The notes under the pieces are model-generated. The model worked only from the letters and a program-made list of their open reading frames with translations. It was not told the DNA's origin and ran no database searches. From the NCBI GenBank assembly GCA_017556585.1, contig JAFYMP010000044.1, positions 26,463 to 90,462 on the forward strand: a stretch of DNA of 64,000 nt. Reading direction: 5' to 3'. Origin of the DNA: Bacteroidaceae bacterium (GTDB taxonomy: Bacteria > Bacteroidota > Bacteroidia > Bacteroidales > Bacteroidaceae). Positions 52,103-61,671 of this stretch are shown piece after piece; positions within the stretch are counted from its first letter, which is position 1; each line of letters opens with the position of its first letter. A program made the translations under genes and the position numbers.

Positions 52103-54037
52103 ATGCAACAATTTTATATGAGAAAGAAAGCAGATCCGTCCACATCGGAAAACATATTAAAGACTATAGATAGCCCTAAGGATCTTAGGTCTTTAAACCA
52201 GGACTCGCTACCACAAGTATGCGATGAACTAAGGCAGATGATAATTGAAGAGTTATCACGCAACCCCGGTCATTTTGGTTCGAGTTTAGGTACTATTGAA
52301 CTAACTGTAGCTCTGCATTATGTTTTCAACACACCGGAAGACAGAATTGTATGGGATGTAGGTCATCAAGCATACGGACATAAAATTCTTACCGGCCGCC
52401 GCGACAGTTTTAGCACCAATCGCAAATTCAAGGGAATTCGTCCTTTCCCATCGCCGGCAGAGAGCGAATATGACACATTCACTTGTGGTCACGCATCAAA
52501 CTCTATTTCGGCCGCATTGGGTATGGCGGTAGCCAACAAGAAGAACGGCAATCCCAAACGTAAGGTAGTCGCAGTTATTGGCGATGGAGCTATGACAGGA
52601 GGATTAGCTTTTGAAGGATTAAACAATGCTTCTACTACCGACAACGATTTGCTCATCATACTGAATGATAATGACATGAGCATATCACACAGCGTTGGTG
52701 GTATGCGCAATTATTTAACAAGACTGCAAACATCCCGTTCATATAACAAGTTCAGATATCTTGTTTCAAGAGTCCTTTACAAAATGGGCATGATGAACGA
52801 AGAGCGCAGAAAAAGAATCATTCGCAGAAATAACCATTTCAAACTTCAATACAACACTACCAACAATGTATTTGAAGGTATGGACATCAGATACTTTGGT
52901 CCTATAGACGGACACAATGTACTTGATTTGGTACGTGTAATGCAGAACATAAAGAATATGCACGGTCCAAAATTGTTGCATATCAAAACAAAAAAGGGCA
53001 AAGGATACAAACCGGCTGAAATTGATTCAGATATATGGCATGCACCGGGACTTTTTGACAAAGAGACCGGCGAACGCATAATTAAAAGCGACAAGGAACT
53101 TCCACCACTATACCAGGATGTGTTTGGAGAGACTTTGTTGGAATTGATGCACGAAAACAAAAAAATTGTTGCCATCACTCCGGCAATGCCTTTAGGTTGC
53201 AGCATGGATATACCTATGAAGGTCTATCCTGACAGATGTTTCGATGTTGGCATAGCAGAAGGACATGCAGTAACATTCTCCGGCGGATTAGCCAAAGAGG
53301 GAATGATTCCATTCTGCAACATATACTCCACATTTATGCAACGTGCGTATGACAATCTTATTCACGATATAGCCATTCAGAAACTGAACATGGTGTTATG
53401 CCTTGACAGAGCAGGACTTGTAGGAGAAGACGGTCCAACTCATCACGGAGCATTCGATATGGCATATCTAAGAACAGTGCCAAACATTATAATATCATCG
53501 CCTTACGACGAAATAGAGATGCGTAATTTAATGTACACTGCACAGCTACCTGACCAAGGACCATTTGTGATAAGATATCCACGTGGCAGAGGTTTGATTT
53601 GCGACTGGAAACAGCCTTTCAAACCAATTGTGGTAGGTACCGGACAATGCATTAAAGAAGGTACAGATGTAGCTGTACTATCAATAGGCCCAATAGGTAA
53701 CATAGCCCACGAAGCTATAAAGCTATGGGAAGAGAATTCCGGAAAGAGCGCAGCCCTATTTGATATGAGATTCCTAAAACCACTTGATACCGAGTTATTA
53801 CATAAGGTTGCAAAAGAATACAACCGGATAATAACTATTGAAAACGGTACAGTTTTAGGTGGTTTGGGTAGCGCAGTAATGGAATTTATGGCAGAGAATA
53901 ATTACAAACCATCTATCATAAGACTTGGACTGCCTGATCAATTTATTGAGCATGGTTCTACCCCTCAACTTTTACATCTCTGTAACATTGACAAGGAGGC
54001 GGTTATAGATGCGTTAAACAGAATTGTTGAACAATAA
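52103..54037 (+). CDS. dxs: 1-deoxy-D-xylulose-5-phosphate synthase
   Basis: 644 aa. Motifs [21 protein letters not shown] and the TPP motif [16 protein letters not shown]. The start may instead be the ATG at 52118. Confidence 0.93.
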   Translation: MQQFYMRKKADPSTSENILKTIDSPKDLRSLNQDSLPQVCDELRQMIIEELSRNPGHFGSSLGTIELTVALHYVFNTPEDRIVWDVGHQAYGHKILTGRRDSFSTNRKFKGIRPFPSPAESEYDTFTCGHASNSISAALGMAVANKKNGNPKRKVVAVIGDGAMTGGLAFEGLNNASTTDNDLLIILNDNDMSISHSVGGMRNYLTRLQTSRSYNKFRYLVSRVLYKMGMMNEERRKRIIRRNNHFKLQYNTTNNVFEGMDIRYFGPIDGHNVLDLVRVMQNIKNMHGPKLLHIKTKKGKGYKPAEIDSDIWHAPGLFDKETGERIIKSDKELPPLYQDVFGETLLELMHENKKIVAITPAMPLGCSMDIPMKVYPDRCFDVGIAEGHAVTFSGGLAKEGMIPFCNIYSTFMQRAYDNLIHDIAIQKLNMVLCLDRAGLVGEDGPTHHGAFDMAYLRTVPNIIISSPYDEIEMRNLMYTAQLPDQGPFVIRYPRGRGLICDWKQPFKPIVVGTGQCIKEGTDVAVLSIGPIGNIAHEAIKLWEENSGKSAALFDMRFLKPLDTELLHKVAKEYNRIITIENGTVLGGLGSAVMEFMAENNYKPSIIRLGLPDQFIEHGSTPQLLHLCNIDKEAVIDALNRIVEQ

Positions 54038-54048
54038 GACACAACGTT

Positions 54049-55386
54049 ATGAAGATTGTAATAGCAGGAGCCGGCAATGTTGGTACCCATTTGGCAAAAC
54101 TTCTTTCGGGCGAGAATCAGGATATTATTCTTATAGACGATGATTCCGAAAAGATTAACCGTTTGGATTCCAATTTCGATCTTCTTACTATAGATGCATC
54201 ACCAACATCTTTCGTAGCACTGCGTGAAGCGGGAGTGGAAAAAGCAGACCTGTTTGTAGCAGTGACACCCGACGAAAGCACTAATCTTGTAGCTTGTCAG
54301 CTTGCCAATGCACTTGGTGCAAAAAAGACTGTGGCAAGAATAGACAACTACGAATATATGCTCCAAAGGAATCGCGATTTCTTTACAAAGATGGGCATAG
54401 ATTCGCTCATCTATCCGGAACTGCTTGCCGCAAAAGACATTGTAGATGGCATGAAATTAAGCTGGATTCGCCAATGGTGGGAATTTGCAGGTGGAGCACT
54501 TGTCTTAATGGGTATAAAACTTAGAGAGAACGCACAAATTCTGAATACTCCGTTCTATATGTTAGGTAGCAATCTACCATATCATATAGTAGCCATACTT
54601 AGAGACGGACACACTATCATCCCGGGCGGTAAGGACGTAATTCTTGCTGGCGACTTAGTCTATTTTATGACTATGAAAAAGCACATTCCTTACATCAAAA
54701 AAATAGCAGGTAAAGAAGAGCTGCCTGATGTAAGAAATGTCATTATAATGGGTGGTAGCAGAATAGCAGTCAGAGCATCACAGTTGATGCCAGACTATAT
54801 GAACTTAAAAATAATAGAAAGTGATATAGCCCGTTGCAACAGATTAACCGAACTTGTAAGCAGCAAGGTGATGATTATAAATGGCGATGGTAGAGATTTA
54901 AGTTTGCTTAATAGTGAAGGCATTGACCATACAGAGGCATTTATTGCATTAACCGATAGTTCAGAGACCAATATTCTGGCTTGTCTTGCAGCCAAACGTT
55001 TAGGCGTTACAAAGACTATTGCAGAAGTTGAGAATATTGACTACATAAGTATGGCCCAGAAATTGGATATAGGCACCGTAATCAACAAAAAGAAGATTGC
55101 CGCAAGCCATATTTACCAGATGTTGTTAGATGCTGACGTAAGCAACTTTAAATGCTTGACCTTTGCAAATGCCGATGTTGCAGAGTTTAACGTAAGACCG
55201 GGAGCAAGGATAACAAAAAGTGCAGTTAAGGATATAATGTTACCACGTGGTGTTACCATAGGCGGACTTATTCGTAACAAAGAGGCTATTCTGGTAACAG
55301 GTAATACAAGAATTGAAGCAGATGACCACGTAGTGGTATTCTGTCTGGAAGGTATGATTAAAACAGTAGAAAAGTTTTTCATTTGA
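54049..55386 (+). CDS. trkA: Trk potassium uptake system NAD-binding subunit
   Basis: 445 aa. Duplicated RCK/TrkA-N domains (IAGAGNVGTHLA; IMGGSRIAVRA). Confidence 0.93.
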   Translation: MKIVIAGAGNVGTHLAKLLSGENQDIILIDDDSEKINRLDSNFDLLTIDASPTSFVALREAGVEKADLFVAVTPDESTNLVACQLANALGAKKTVARIDNYEYMLQRNRDFFTKMGIDSLIYPELLAAKDIVDGMKLSWIRQWWEFAGGALVLMGIKLRENAQILNTPFYMLGSNLPYHIVAILRDGHTIIPGGKDVILAGDLVYFMTMKKHIPYIKKIAGKEELPDVRNVIIMGGSRIAVRASQLMPDYMNLKIIESDIARCNRLTELVSSKVMIINGDGRDLSLLNSEGIDHTEAFIALTDSSETNILACLAAKRLGVTKTIAEVENIDYISMAQKLDIGTVINKKKIAASHIYQMLLDADVSNFKCLTFANADVAEFNVRPGARITKSAVKDIMLPRGVTIGGLIRNKEAILVTGNTRIEADDHVVVFCLEGMIKTVEKFFI

Positions 55387-56843
55387 TACACTTAAGACTC
55401 ATAGAACGAATTGTTGGTATTCTGCTTCTTATTGAAGCGGGAATACTAATGCTATGTTCCTCTATACCACTCATTTATAAAGAGGACGATTTCTTTGCAT
55501 TCATAATATCAGCCTTAATTACAGCATGCGCAGGTATGTTGTTTATTGCAACGGGAGGTTCAAACAGACAGAGAGAGGTATTGACCCGTAGGGACGGATA
55601 TATTGTAGTCAGTATTTCATGGATTATCTTTTCTCTATTCGGCGCCCTGCCATTTTATATAAGTGGTTACATACCTAACTTTACAGATGCATATTTTGAA
55701 ACAATGTCCGGATTCACCACAACAGGTGCAACCATTATTAACGATATAGAGATTGTTCCACACGGTTTACTCTTTTGGAGAAGCCTGACCCAATGGATTG
55801 GCGGTTTGGGTATTGTATTCTTCACGGTAGCTGTACTACCTATTTTCGGAATAGGAGAAGTACAACTCTTTGCTGCAGAAGCTACCGGTCCAAAACGTGG
55901 TAAACTACACCCCAGAATAAGCGTCAGTGGTAGATGGATTTTGATAGTATATCTTCTTATTACCATACTGTGTACTATCACTCTGAATATCTTTGGAATG
56001 AATTTCTTTGATAGTATCAATCACGCATTATGTACTGCTGCCACAGGTGGTTTTTCTACAAAAAATGCAAATCTTGCATTCTACGAATCAAAAGCTATAG
56101 AGAATACAATAGCATTCTATATGTTACTATCGGGTATAAATTACGGATTGCTATTTGTTGCTATCTTTAAAGGAAACATCAAAAAGATTATAGATGATAC
56201 CGAATTCAAATGGTACATAGGAATAACATTATTATTTGCATTATTGGTTGCCAGCAGTCTGTTTGCTTCTAAACAATATGGATTTGCAGAATCTATAAGG
56301 CAAGGCCTGTTCAATGTTATATCTATTATCACCACTACAGGATTCACCATAACAGACTATACCCTTTGGCCTCCATTCATTTGGATGATACTTGGTTTTT
56401 GTATGTATTTTGGTGCATGCGGTGGATCTACATCGGGAGGTGCCAAGATTATCAGAATTACCATTTTGATTAAAGCCATGCGTAATGAATTCAACAGAAT
56501 TCTACATCCAAATGCTGTATTACCCATAAGAATAAGCGACAAAGTTTTATCGTCTTCCATAAAACAGAGCGTGCTTACATTTATCATCTTTATGATTGCC
56601 ATTGTCTTTGTTGGATGGTTCTTCTACATTGCAATAGGCCTGAATATCACCGATGCTTACGGCACATCGTTGGCATGTATCAGCAATATAGGTATTACCA
56701 TAGGCGACCATGGTTGTAACATTTCGTGGGACGATATGCCAACCATAGGTAAATGGTTTTCTACCTTCTTAATGCTGATTGGACGTTTAGAGCTATTTGC
56801 CGTTCTCATTCTGTTCACACCCGCATTCTGGAAGCACAGATAA
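55383..56843 (+). CDS. trkH: Trk-type potassium transporter membrane subunit
   Basis: 486 aa. TrkH selectivity-filter-like MSGFTTTGAT, TGGFST and TTTGFT repeats. The track start is a TTG overlapping the trkA stop by 4 nt, so the exact start is uncertain. Confidence 0.88.
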   Translation: MIHLRLIERIVGILLLIEAGILMLCSSIPLIYKEDDFFAFIISALITACAGMLFIATGGSNRQREVLTRRDGYIVVSISWIIFSLFGALPFYISGYIPNFTDAYFETMSGFTTTGATIINDIEIVPHGLLFWRSLTQWIGGLGIVFFTVAVLPIFGIGEVQLFAAEATGPKRGKLHPRISVSGRWILIVYLLITILCTITLNIFGMNFFDSINHALCTAATGGFSTKNANLAFYESKAIENTIAFYMLLSGINYGLLFVAIFKGNIKKIIDDTEFKWYIGITLLFALLVASSLFASKQYGFAESIRQGLFNVISIITTTGFTITDYTLWPPFIWMILGFCMYFGACGGSTSGGAKIIRITILIKAMRNEFNRILHPNAVLPIRISDKVLSSSIKQSVLTFIIFMIAIVFVGWFFYIAIGLNITDAYGTSLACISNIGITIGDHGCNISWDDMPTIGKWFSTFLMLIGRLELFAVLILFTPAFWKHR

Positions 56844-57845
56844 AGCATCGCTTTCTTTCATATCCAAAAGGATGCGTACATCGCTACGCATTCTTTCGTA
56901 TAGCTCACAATCTCTATAATGGGTATTCTTGCGTATTGCATCGTGCAGACTCATTTGACTGTGTCTGTAAGAGCTTAGCTCATTATTTAATTGTTCGGTA
57001 TGAATAGCATATTTATAAATTTCCTGTTCACGTTCGGTAATAAGTGACGAACATACAGGCGACAACACCTTATTTATTATACACTCTAACATAGAATGTC
57101 CCCTAATAAACAGATAAGTATTATCTTCATTTACGCCTAACTGCTTTAATTCTGCAGATAAACGTCCAACCTCTTCTATAAAATCAGAATAGTTTCTTTT
57201 AAGATATGCTATCTTCTTTTCTACACGTATAGATAAAAGAGACAAAGAATGATTCGGATCTTTTACATTGATTGTCTTCAGATTAACATCTTTACAGAAA
57301 TCCAATATGCTATATTGATTATGCTTTTTAGCACCGTAGAACCAGACGCTCCATACAAAAAGAGGATAAACTATTTGGGAGTAGAGTTTAAAGAAGACAT
57401 CAAAATCTATTACCCTTCTATCGTTCAAAGTACACTGCACACAGATATTATGCAGACTTTCTGAATAACATTTGTAGTTCTCTATTGCATAAGCATAGGT
57501 ATGCAATATAAATGGATTCTTAATTATTTGAGTAGAGGTTTCAGTCTTTCCTTGCAGTAGATAATCATAATCACTATCCACACAAGCTATCATATTCTTT
57601 CCTAATGCACACTGCTGCAAGCAAGACCTAATAGCCGATTTCTTTCCTTTTACCAAACTTGTACGAGAAGGAAGCATTATCTGAAAACATCTTGTTTCGT
57701 CTTCAAATTCTTCAAGCAATAGGCGCCAGAAAGCTATATCATCGTAGCTCTCAACGTAGGCAACTATTCTCTGTTTTTTACCAGAATAAAACTTATTCAG
57801 TGCCGCTACATACCTGGAATTTACATTATCTGTCAGCCTTTTCAT
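56793..57845 (-). CDS. DUF4435-like (OLD/TOPRIM-related) protein, putative nuclease partner of the upstream ATPase
   Basis: 350 aa. Conserved acidic pattern IVAYVESYDDIAFW, then ACVDSDYDYL (DxD), then HTYAYAIENY, as I recall for DUF4435/TOPRIM-like proteins. The ATG overlaps the ATPase stop (ATGA). The last 51 nt are antisense to the trkH 3' end. Confidence 0.6.
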   Translation of the reverse strand: MKRLTDNVNSRYVAALNKFYSGKKQRIVAYVESYDDIAFWRLLLEEFEDETRCFQIMLPSRTSLVKGKKSAIRSCLQQCALGKNMIACVDSDYDYLLQGKTETSTQIIKNPFILHTYAYAIENYKCYSESLHNICVQCTLNDRRVIDFDVFFKLYSQIVYPLFVWSVWFYGAKKHNQYSILDFCKDVNLKTINVKDPNHSLSLLSIRVEKKIAYLKRNYSDFIEEVGRLSAELKQLGVNEDNTYLFIRGHSMLECIINKVLSPVCSSLITEREQEIYKYAIHTEQLNNELSSYRHSQMSLHDAIRKNTHYRDCELYERMRSDVRILLDMKESDALSVLPECGCEQNENGK

Positions 57846-58663
57846 TGCACAGTTATGTCATCTACCTCTGTAACCACATCCATCCAACCGTCCATAATAA
57901 CAGCAGGAGAATGGGTTGTCAGAATGATTTGAGCATTTGGATTCATAGTGCGTATTGCCGATATCAATTTCTGCTGCCATTCTATATGCAGCGAAACTTC
58001 CGGTTCATCCATAAAAATTGCACAAGGCTTCATATCCTGTACAAGCAGTGTCAGTAAGATAACCAATAGTTGTTTTTCACCCGATGACAGACTATATGGC
58101 AACAATTTCACGCCGTTCTGATCAAAAAGTATCTCATTACTGTCACGTACTATTTTCTTTCCTGTTTCAGCAAACATAGAATCAACAAAATCAAGGAATT
58201 CTTTCTTCTTTGCCGATGTCTGCTGAGCTAAAAGAATTTTATCGGGAGTACCTGAGGTCAGCAATTCTATTGTTCGGTTACCTATGTTAACCTGATAATC
58301 CAGGTATCTTCTTTGCAATTTATATATCTGCCAATCAAGTTCCGATACAACATTCCTGTCTGCCATTTTCTCCAACAGATTACTGTGCATCAATGGTCTA
58401 TCCACACATCTTATTACATCGTAGGCAATTATCTCTGCTTCCGGCGGATAAAAGTTAATCTTAACATCTGTGCATTCATCATCGCTATTCCCCGACAAAT
58501 AATCCAGTCTGGAAACAGCTTTATTCAGAATAGTACTCTTACCGGCGCCATTCACACCACTTAATATATTTATATCGGGACGCAATTCCCATATAATATG
58601 CTTGATACCCCACATAGATTTAATCTCTATGCTGCTTATTCTTTCTGCCTGAATTTTGCCCAT
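57842..58663 (-). CDS. small ABC-type (AAA_15/21-like) ATPase
   Basis: Walker A GVNGAGKST (58532-58558), ABC signature LSSGEKQ, Walker B/D-loop IFMDEPEVSLH, and H-loop TTHSP. The track ORF starts at TTG 58693. I prefer the ATG at 58661-58663 (MGKIQAERISSIEIK). Confidence 0.75.
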   Translation of the reverse strand: MGKIQAERISSIEIKSMWGIKHIIWELRPDINILSGVNGAGKSTILNKAVSRLDYLSGNSDDECTDVKINFYPPEAEIIAYDVIRCVDRPLMHSNLLEKMADRNVVSELDWQIYKLQRRYLDYQVNIGNRTIELLTSGTPDKILLAQQTSAKKKEFLDFVDSMFAETGKKIVRDSNEILFDQNGVKLLPYSLSSGEKQLLVILLTLLVQDMKPCAIFMDEPEVSLHIEWQQKLISAIRTMNPNAQIILTTHSPAVIMDGWMDVVTEVDDITVQ

Positions 58664-58782
58664 AGTGATGCAATTTTTAGAATGTTTCCCCAAAAGTAAA
58701 AAAAGAAATCAACAATTAGACACAAAACAGATATAACTTTCTGCTTTAATTCAATATTTAGTGTTCTATAAAAGTAAAAGGA

Positions 58783-59859
58783 TTATCTAGATTTCAAATC
58801 TTCCTTAGTCAATGCTTGACAAGATTGAATAAGGTATTGAGATTCACTACCTACTATCAAGCCATTGTTATCATCATTGAAACAACTATCATATACATTG
58901 TGTCCGCCTTCAGATGGTTTTATTTCATTAGTTCTTGCTACAACAAGCCCTGTAAGCACCTTGTTATTATCATCCGATTTACCGGGAACAACCAGTCCAG
59001 AGTTTGTACATTCATCTATCGATGCCACTTCAAAAGCACAAGCTGCAATACCACCGGTCTCTACACTTCCTGATTCAACCGTAGCTCCTATAATTTTTCC
59101 CTTATTATGAGAATTAATCATTGTACCCTCGCATATTGCAACAAGTCCGGCAGCATAATGCCTTGAACTTTCTACTATTCTGCCTCCTACAACTTCCCCT
59201 TCGTTTACACAATCCTTCATTGTAGCTTTATGAAGAGTTCCGGTCAAACCTCCAATACTAATGTTTTTGGTTGCTCTTGAAGGTCCTACTACCTGACCAA
59301 AATTTTTACAATTTATAATATCTGCATCGGCCCTTCCAACAACAGATCCTATATATGTTGTAAACTCCGACGATATATTCGATGCATCGATCTTTGCAGA
59401 CATGTTTAAATTTGAAATTGAACCGAATTGTACATATCCAAAGAAACCAAATACATCGGCATCAGGTTTTGCAATTAGAGTACCTGTAATTGTATGTCCA
59501 TTACCATCAAAATTACCCTTAAATCTGCGCGACCTGCTTCCTACCGGTTCCCATCTTGTTTCGGCTATTATCAAATCGGTTTCCAGACGTATATATTCGC
59601 TCTCAAAGTTTTTACCTAACTTTACTTGTTCTGCGAAATATTTAAATTGTTCTGGCGAAGCTATTACGTATGGTTCGGAAGAGGTTCCATTACCTTTTTC
59701 AAAGGTTTTTGCCATAGTTGTTTCATTATTCAGAACGCACTCTGAATCTTCTCCTGAATTATTGGGAGAGAAACCTTCATTGCTGTTTGAACATGCAATC
59801 AGAAACAAACTAACCAAAATTAAACATTTTGCTAATGCAATTCTTTTTTCCATAACCAC
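58783..59859 (-). CDS. GLUG-motif lipoprotein
   Basis: 358 aa. Lipobox FLIACS. RFKGNFDGNGHTITGTL followed by repeated G-x-x-G units (FGFFGYV, IGSVVGRA, IGGLTGTL, AAGLVAIC, TGGIAACA). This parallels the GLUG region of the 19391-22000 protein. Confidence 0.6.
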   Translation of the reverse strand: MVMEKRIALAKCLILVSLFLIACSNSNEGFSPNNSGEDSECVLNNETTMAKTFEKGNGTSSEPYVIASPEQFKYFAEQVKLGKNFESEYIRLETDLIIAETRWEPVGSRSRRFKGNFDGNGHTITGTLIAKPDADVFGFFGYVQFGSISNLNMSAKIDASNISSEFTTYIGSVVGRADADIINCKNFGQVVGPSRATKNISIGGLTGTLHKATMKDCVNEGEVVGGRIVESSRHYAAGLVAICEGTMINSHNKGKIIGATVESGSVETGGIAACAFEVASIDECTNSGLVVPGKSDDNNKVLTGLVVARTNEIKPSEGGHNVYDSCFNDDNNGLIVGSESQYLIQSCQALTKEDLKSR

Positions 59860-60012
59860 TTAAGCAATCGACTGCAAAATTAGTGATTATTTTTATACAA
59901 CTATTATTAATTGTAAAATTTTAATCACCAACACCAATATTATTTTTCCAGCAATATCACAACTTGCTGATATTCATTGTATTAACAAATTCTCAAGCTT
60001 TATATAAAATTT

Positions 60013-60055
60013 AATAAAAGACCATTACGCCACTAATAAAGACCATTACGCCACT
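60013..60055 (+). repeat. head-to-tail tandem duplication (22 + 21 nt) upstream of the MATE gene
   Basis: AATAAAAGACCATTACGCCACT (60013-60034) is immediately followed by AATAAAGACCATTACGCCACT (60035-60055). This core is GC-richer than the very AT-rich spacer around it. Confidence 0.9.
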
Positions 60056-60227
60056 AGTAAGCAACAACTCATTAAATTTTAACACATTGAACAAAAATGA
60101 ACAAAACTATTTTAAAAAACCTGAAATATAGCATAGGCAATAATTTGCCAATCAAAATCAGTTTAATTAATTTCGCAATGTGAAGAGGATTAAATCGGAG
60201 ATAGAGAAGAGGAACAATCGGCATAAC

Positions 60228-61574
60228 ATGATGACTCAACGGCCGGTTGACCGTCTCATACTGAAATTGGCCATACCAACCATAATCAGTATGACCATTA
60301 CAGCTATGTATAATTTGGCAGATTCTTACTTTATAGGTCATTTAAGTACACAAGCTACAGCCGGAGTTGGTATAGCATTCGCATATCAATCTTTTATACA
60401 AGCTATAGGATTCTTTTTCGGGTCAGGTTCAGGTAACTACATATCAAGAGCATTAGGAGCTAAAAAGGAACAAAATGCTGAGAAGATGGCCTCAACAGGA
60501 TTCTTTTCAGCGCTTTTGGCAGGTATTGCAATAGGTTTGGCCGGACTCATTTTCATTAAACCGCTTGCTACACTTTTGGGCGCTACCCCCGACATTGAGA
60601 GTTATGCAATTGATTATCTCAAGTACCTGCTGATTGCCGCTCCATTTATGATTTCTCAAATGGTTCTTAATAATCAGCTTAGATTGCAAGGCAATGCACT
60701 ACAAGCCATGATTGGTCTGGTTTCTGGAGCAATTATAAACATCATCTTAGACCCAATATTTATATACACATTAGGGTTAGGGGTATCAGGTGCCGCAATT
60801 GCCACACTTGTAAGCCAAATCATATCTTGGTCCATTTTACTTATTGTAACCACATTCAAAGGTAATGTTCATATTAGAATAAAACAGTTCAGGCCCACCT
60901 TATACTATTACAGAAATATTTTTGGCGGGGGAATACCATCATTTCTACGTCAATCTTTAGGTTGCGTTGCCACTATTCTGTTAAATTGGGGGGCCGCAAA
61001 ATTTGCCCTACCGGGACAAGAGGCATCCAACATTGCAGCTTTTGCAGTTGTTTCCAGAATAATGATGTTTGCCATGTCTATAATTCTTGGATTCGGACAG
61101 GGTTTCCAACCTGTTTGCGGCTATAATTGGGGCGCAAAACGATTTGACAGAGTTAAAGCATCATATCTGTTTACTATAAAGACAAGCACGCTTGCAATAA
61201 TAGCGATGTCAGTAACAGGTATAATTTTTGCGCCGCAAATTGTAGCTTTTTTCCGCGACGAAGATCCTTTGTTAATAGAGATAGGAGCCAGAGTCTTACG
61301 TTGGCAGTGTCTTGCATTCCCATTGGTAGGACTAACCACACCAACAAATATGTTATTACAGAATATCTGTAGAACATTACCTGCTACAATTTTGGCAATG
61401 AGCAGACAAGGTATATTTTTTATCCCGGCCATAATTATTGTCCCCAGACTATTTGGCATCCACGGTTTAGAAGCAACAATGGCTATTGCAGATTTCTGTA
61501 CATTCATTTTAGCATTGCCATTTGCAATCAATATTCTTAAAGAATTATCTGCAAAAGAGAATACAACCACATAA
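60228..61574 (+). CDS. MATE family efflux transporter
   Basis: 12-TM pattern and MATE N-terminus LILKLAIPTIISMTITAMYNLADSYFIGHL. The track ORF starts at GTG 60180. I prefer the ATG at 60228. Confidence 0.88.
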   Translation: MMTQRPVDRLILKLAIPTIISMTITAMYNLADSYFIGHLSTQATAGVGIAFAYQSFIQAIGFFFGSGSGNYISRALGAKKEQNAEKMASTGFFSALLAGIAIGLAGLIFIKPLATLLGATPDIESYAIDYLKYLLIAAPFMISQMVLNNQLRLQGNALQAMIGLVSGAIINIILDPIFIYTLGLGVSGAAIATLVSQIISWSILLIVTTFKGNVHIRIKQFRPTLYYYRNIFGGGIPSFLRQSLGCVATILLNWGAAKFALPGQEASNIAAFAVVSRIMMFAMSIILGFGQGFQPVCGYNWGAKRFDRVKASYLFTIKTSTLAIIAMSVTGIIFAPQIVAFFRDEDPLLIEIGARVLRWQCLAFPLVGLTTPTNMLLQNICRTLPATILAMSRQGIFFIPAIIIVPRLFGIHGLEATMAIADFCTFILALPFAINILKELSAKENTTT

Positions 61575-61644
61575 TTTTTGTCTGCTTTGTGTAAAAATCA
61601 TTGTTTTATTCATGAACAAAGAAATCCATTAAACTATAATTATG

Positions 61645-61652
61645 TAATTTTG
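61645..61652 (+). promoter_or_regulatory. -7 promoter box upstream of queA
   Basis: TAATTTTG lies 19 nt upstream of the ATG at 61672. Confidence 0.45.
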
Positions 61653-61671
61653 CTGGTGAAAACCATAGATT

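Noticed and set aside
56790-59860. The 56.8-59.9 kb accessory block as a mobile element
   Set aside because: No integrase, transposase, tRNA-adjacent att site or flanking direct repeats could be found by eye. It is reported only as a non-core insertion.
60013-60055. The tandem repeat as a CRISPR array or minisatellite
   Set aside because: There are only two units and no spacers, and no cas genes are in the window.
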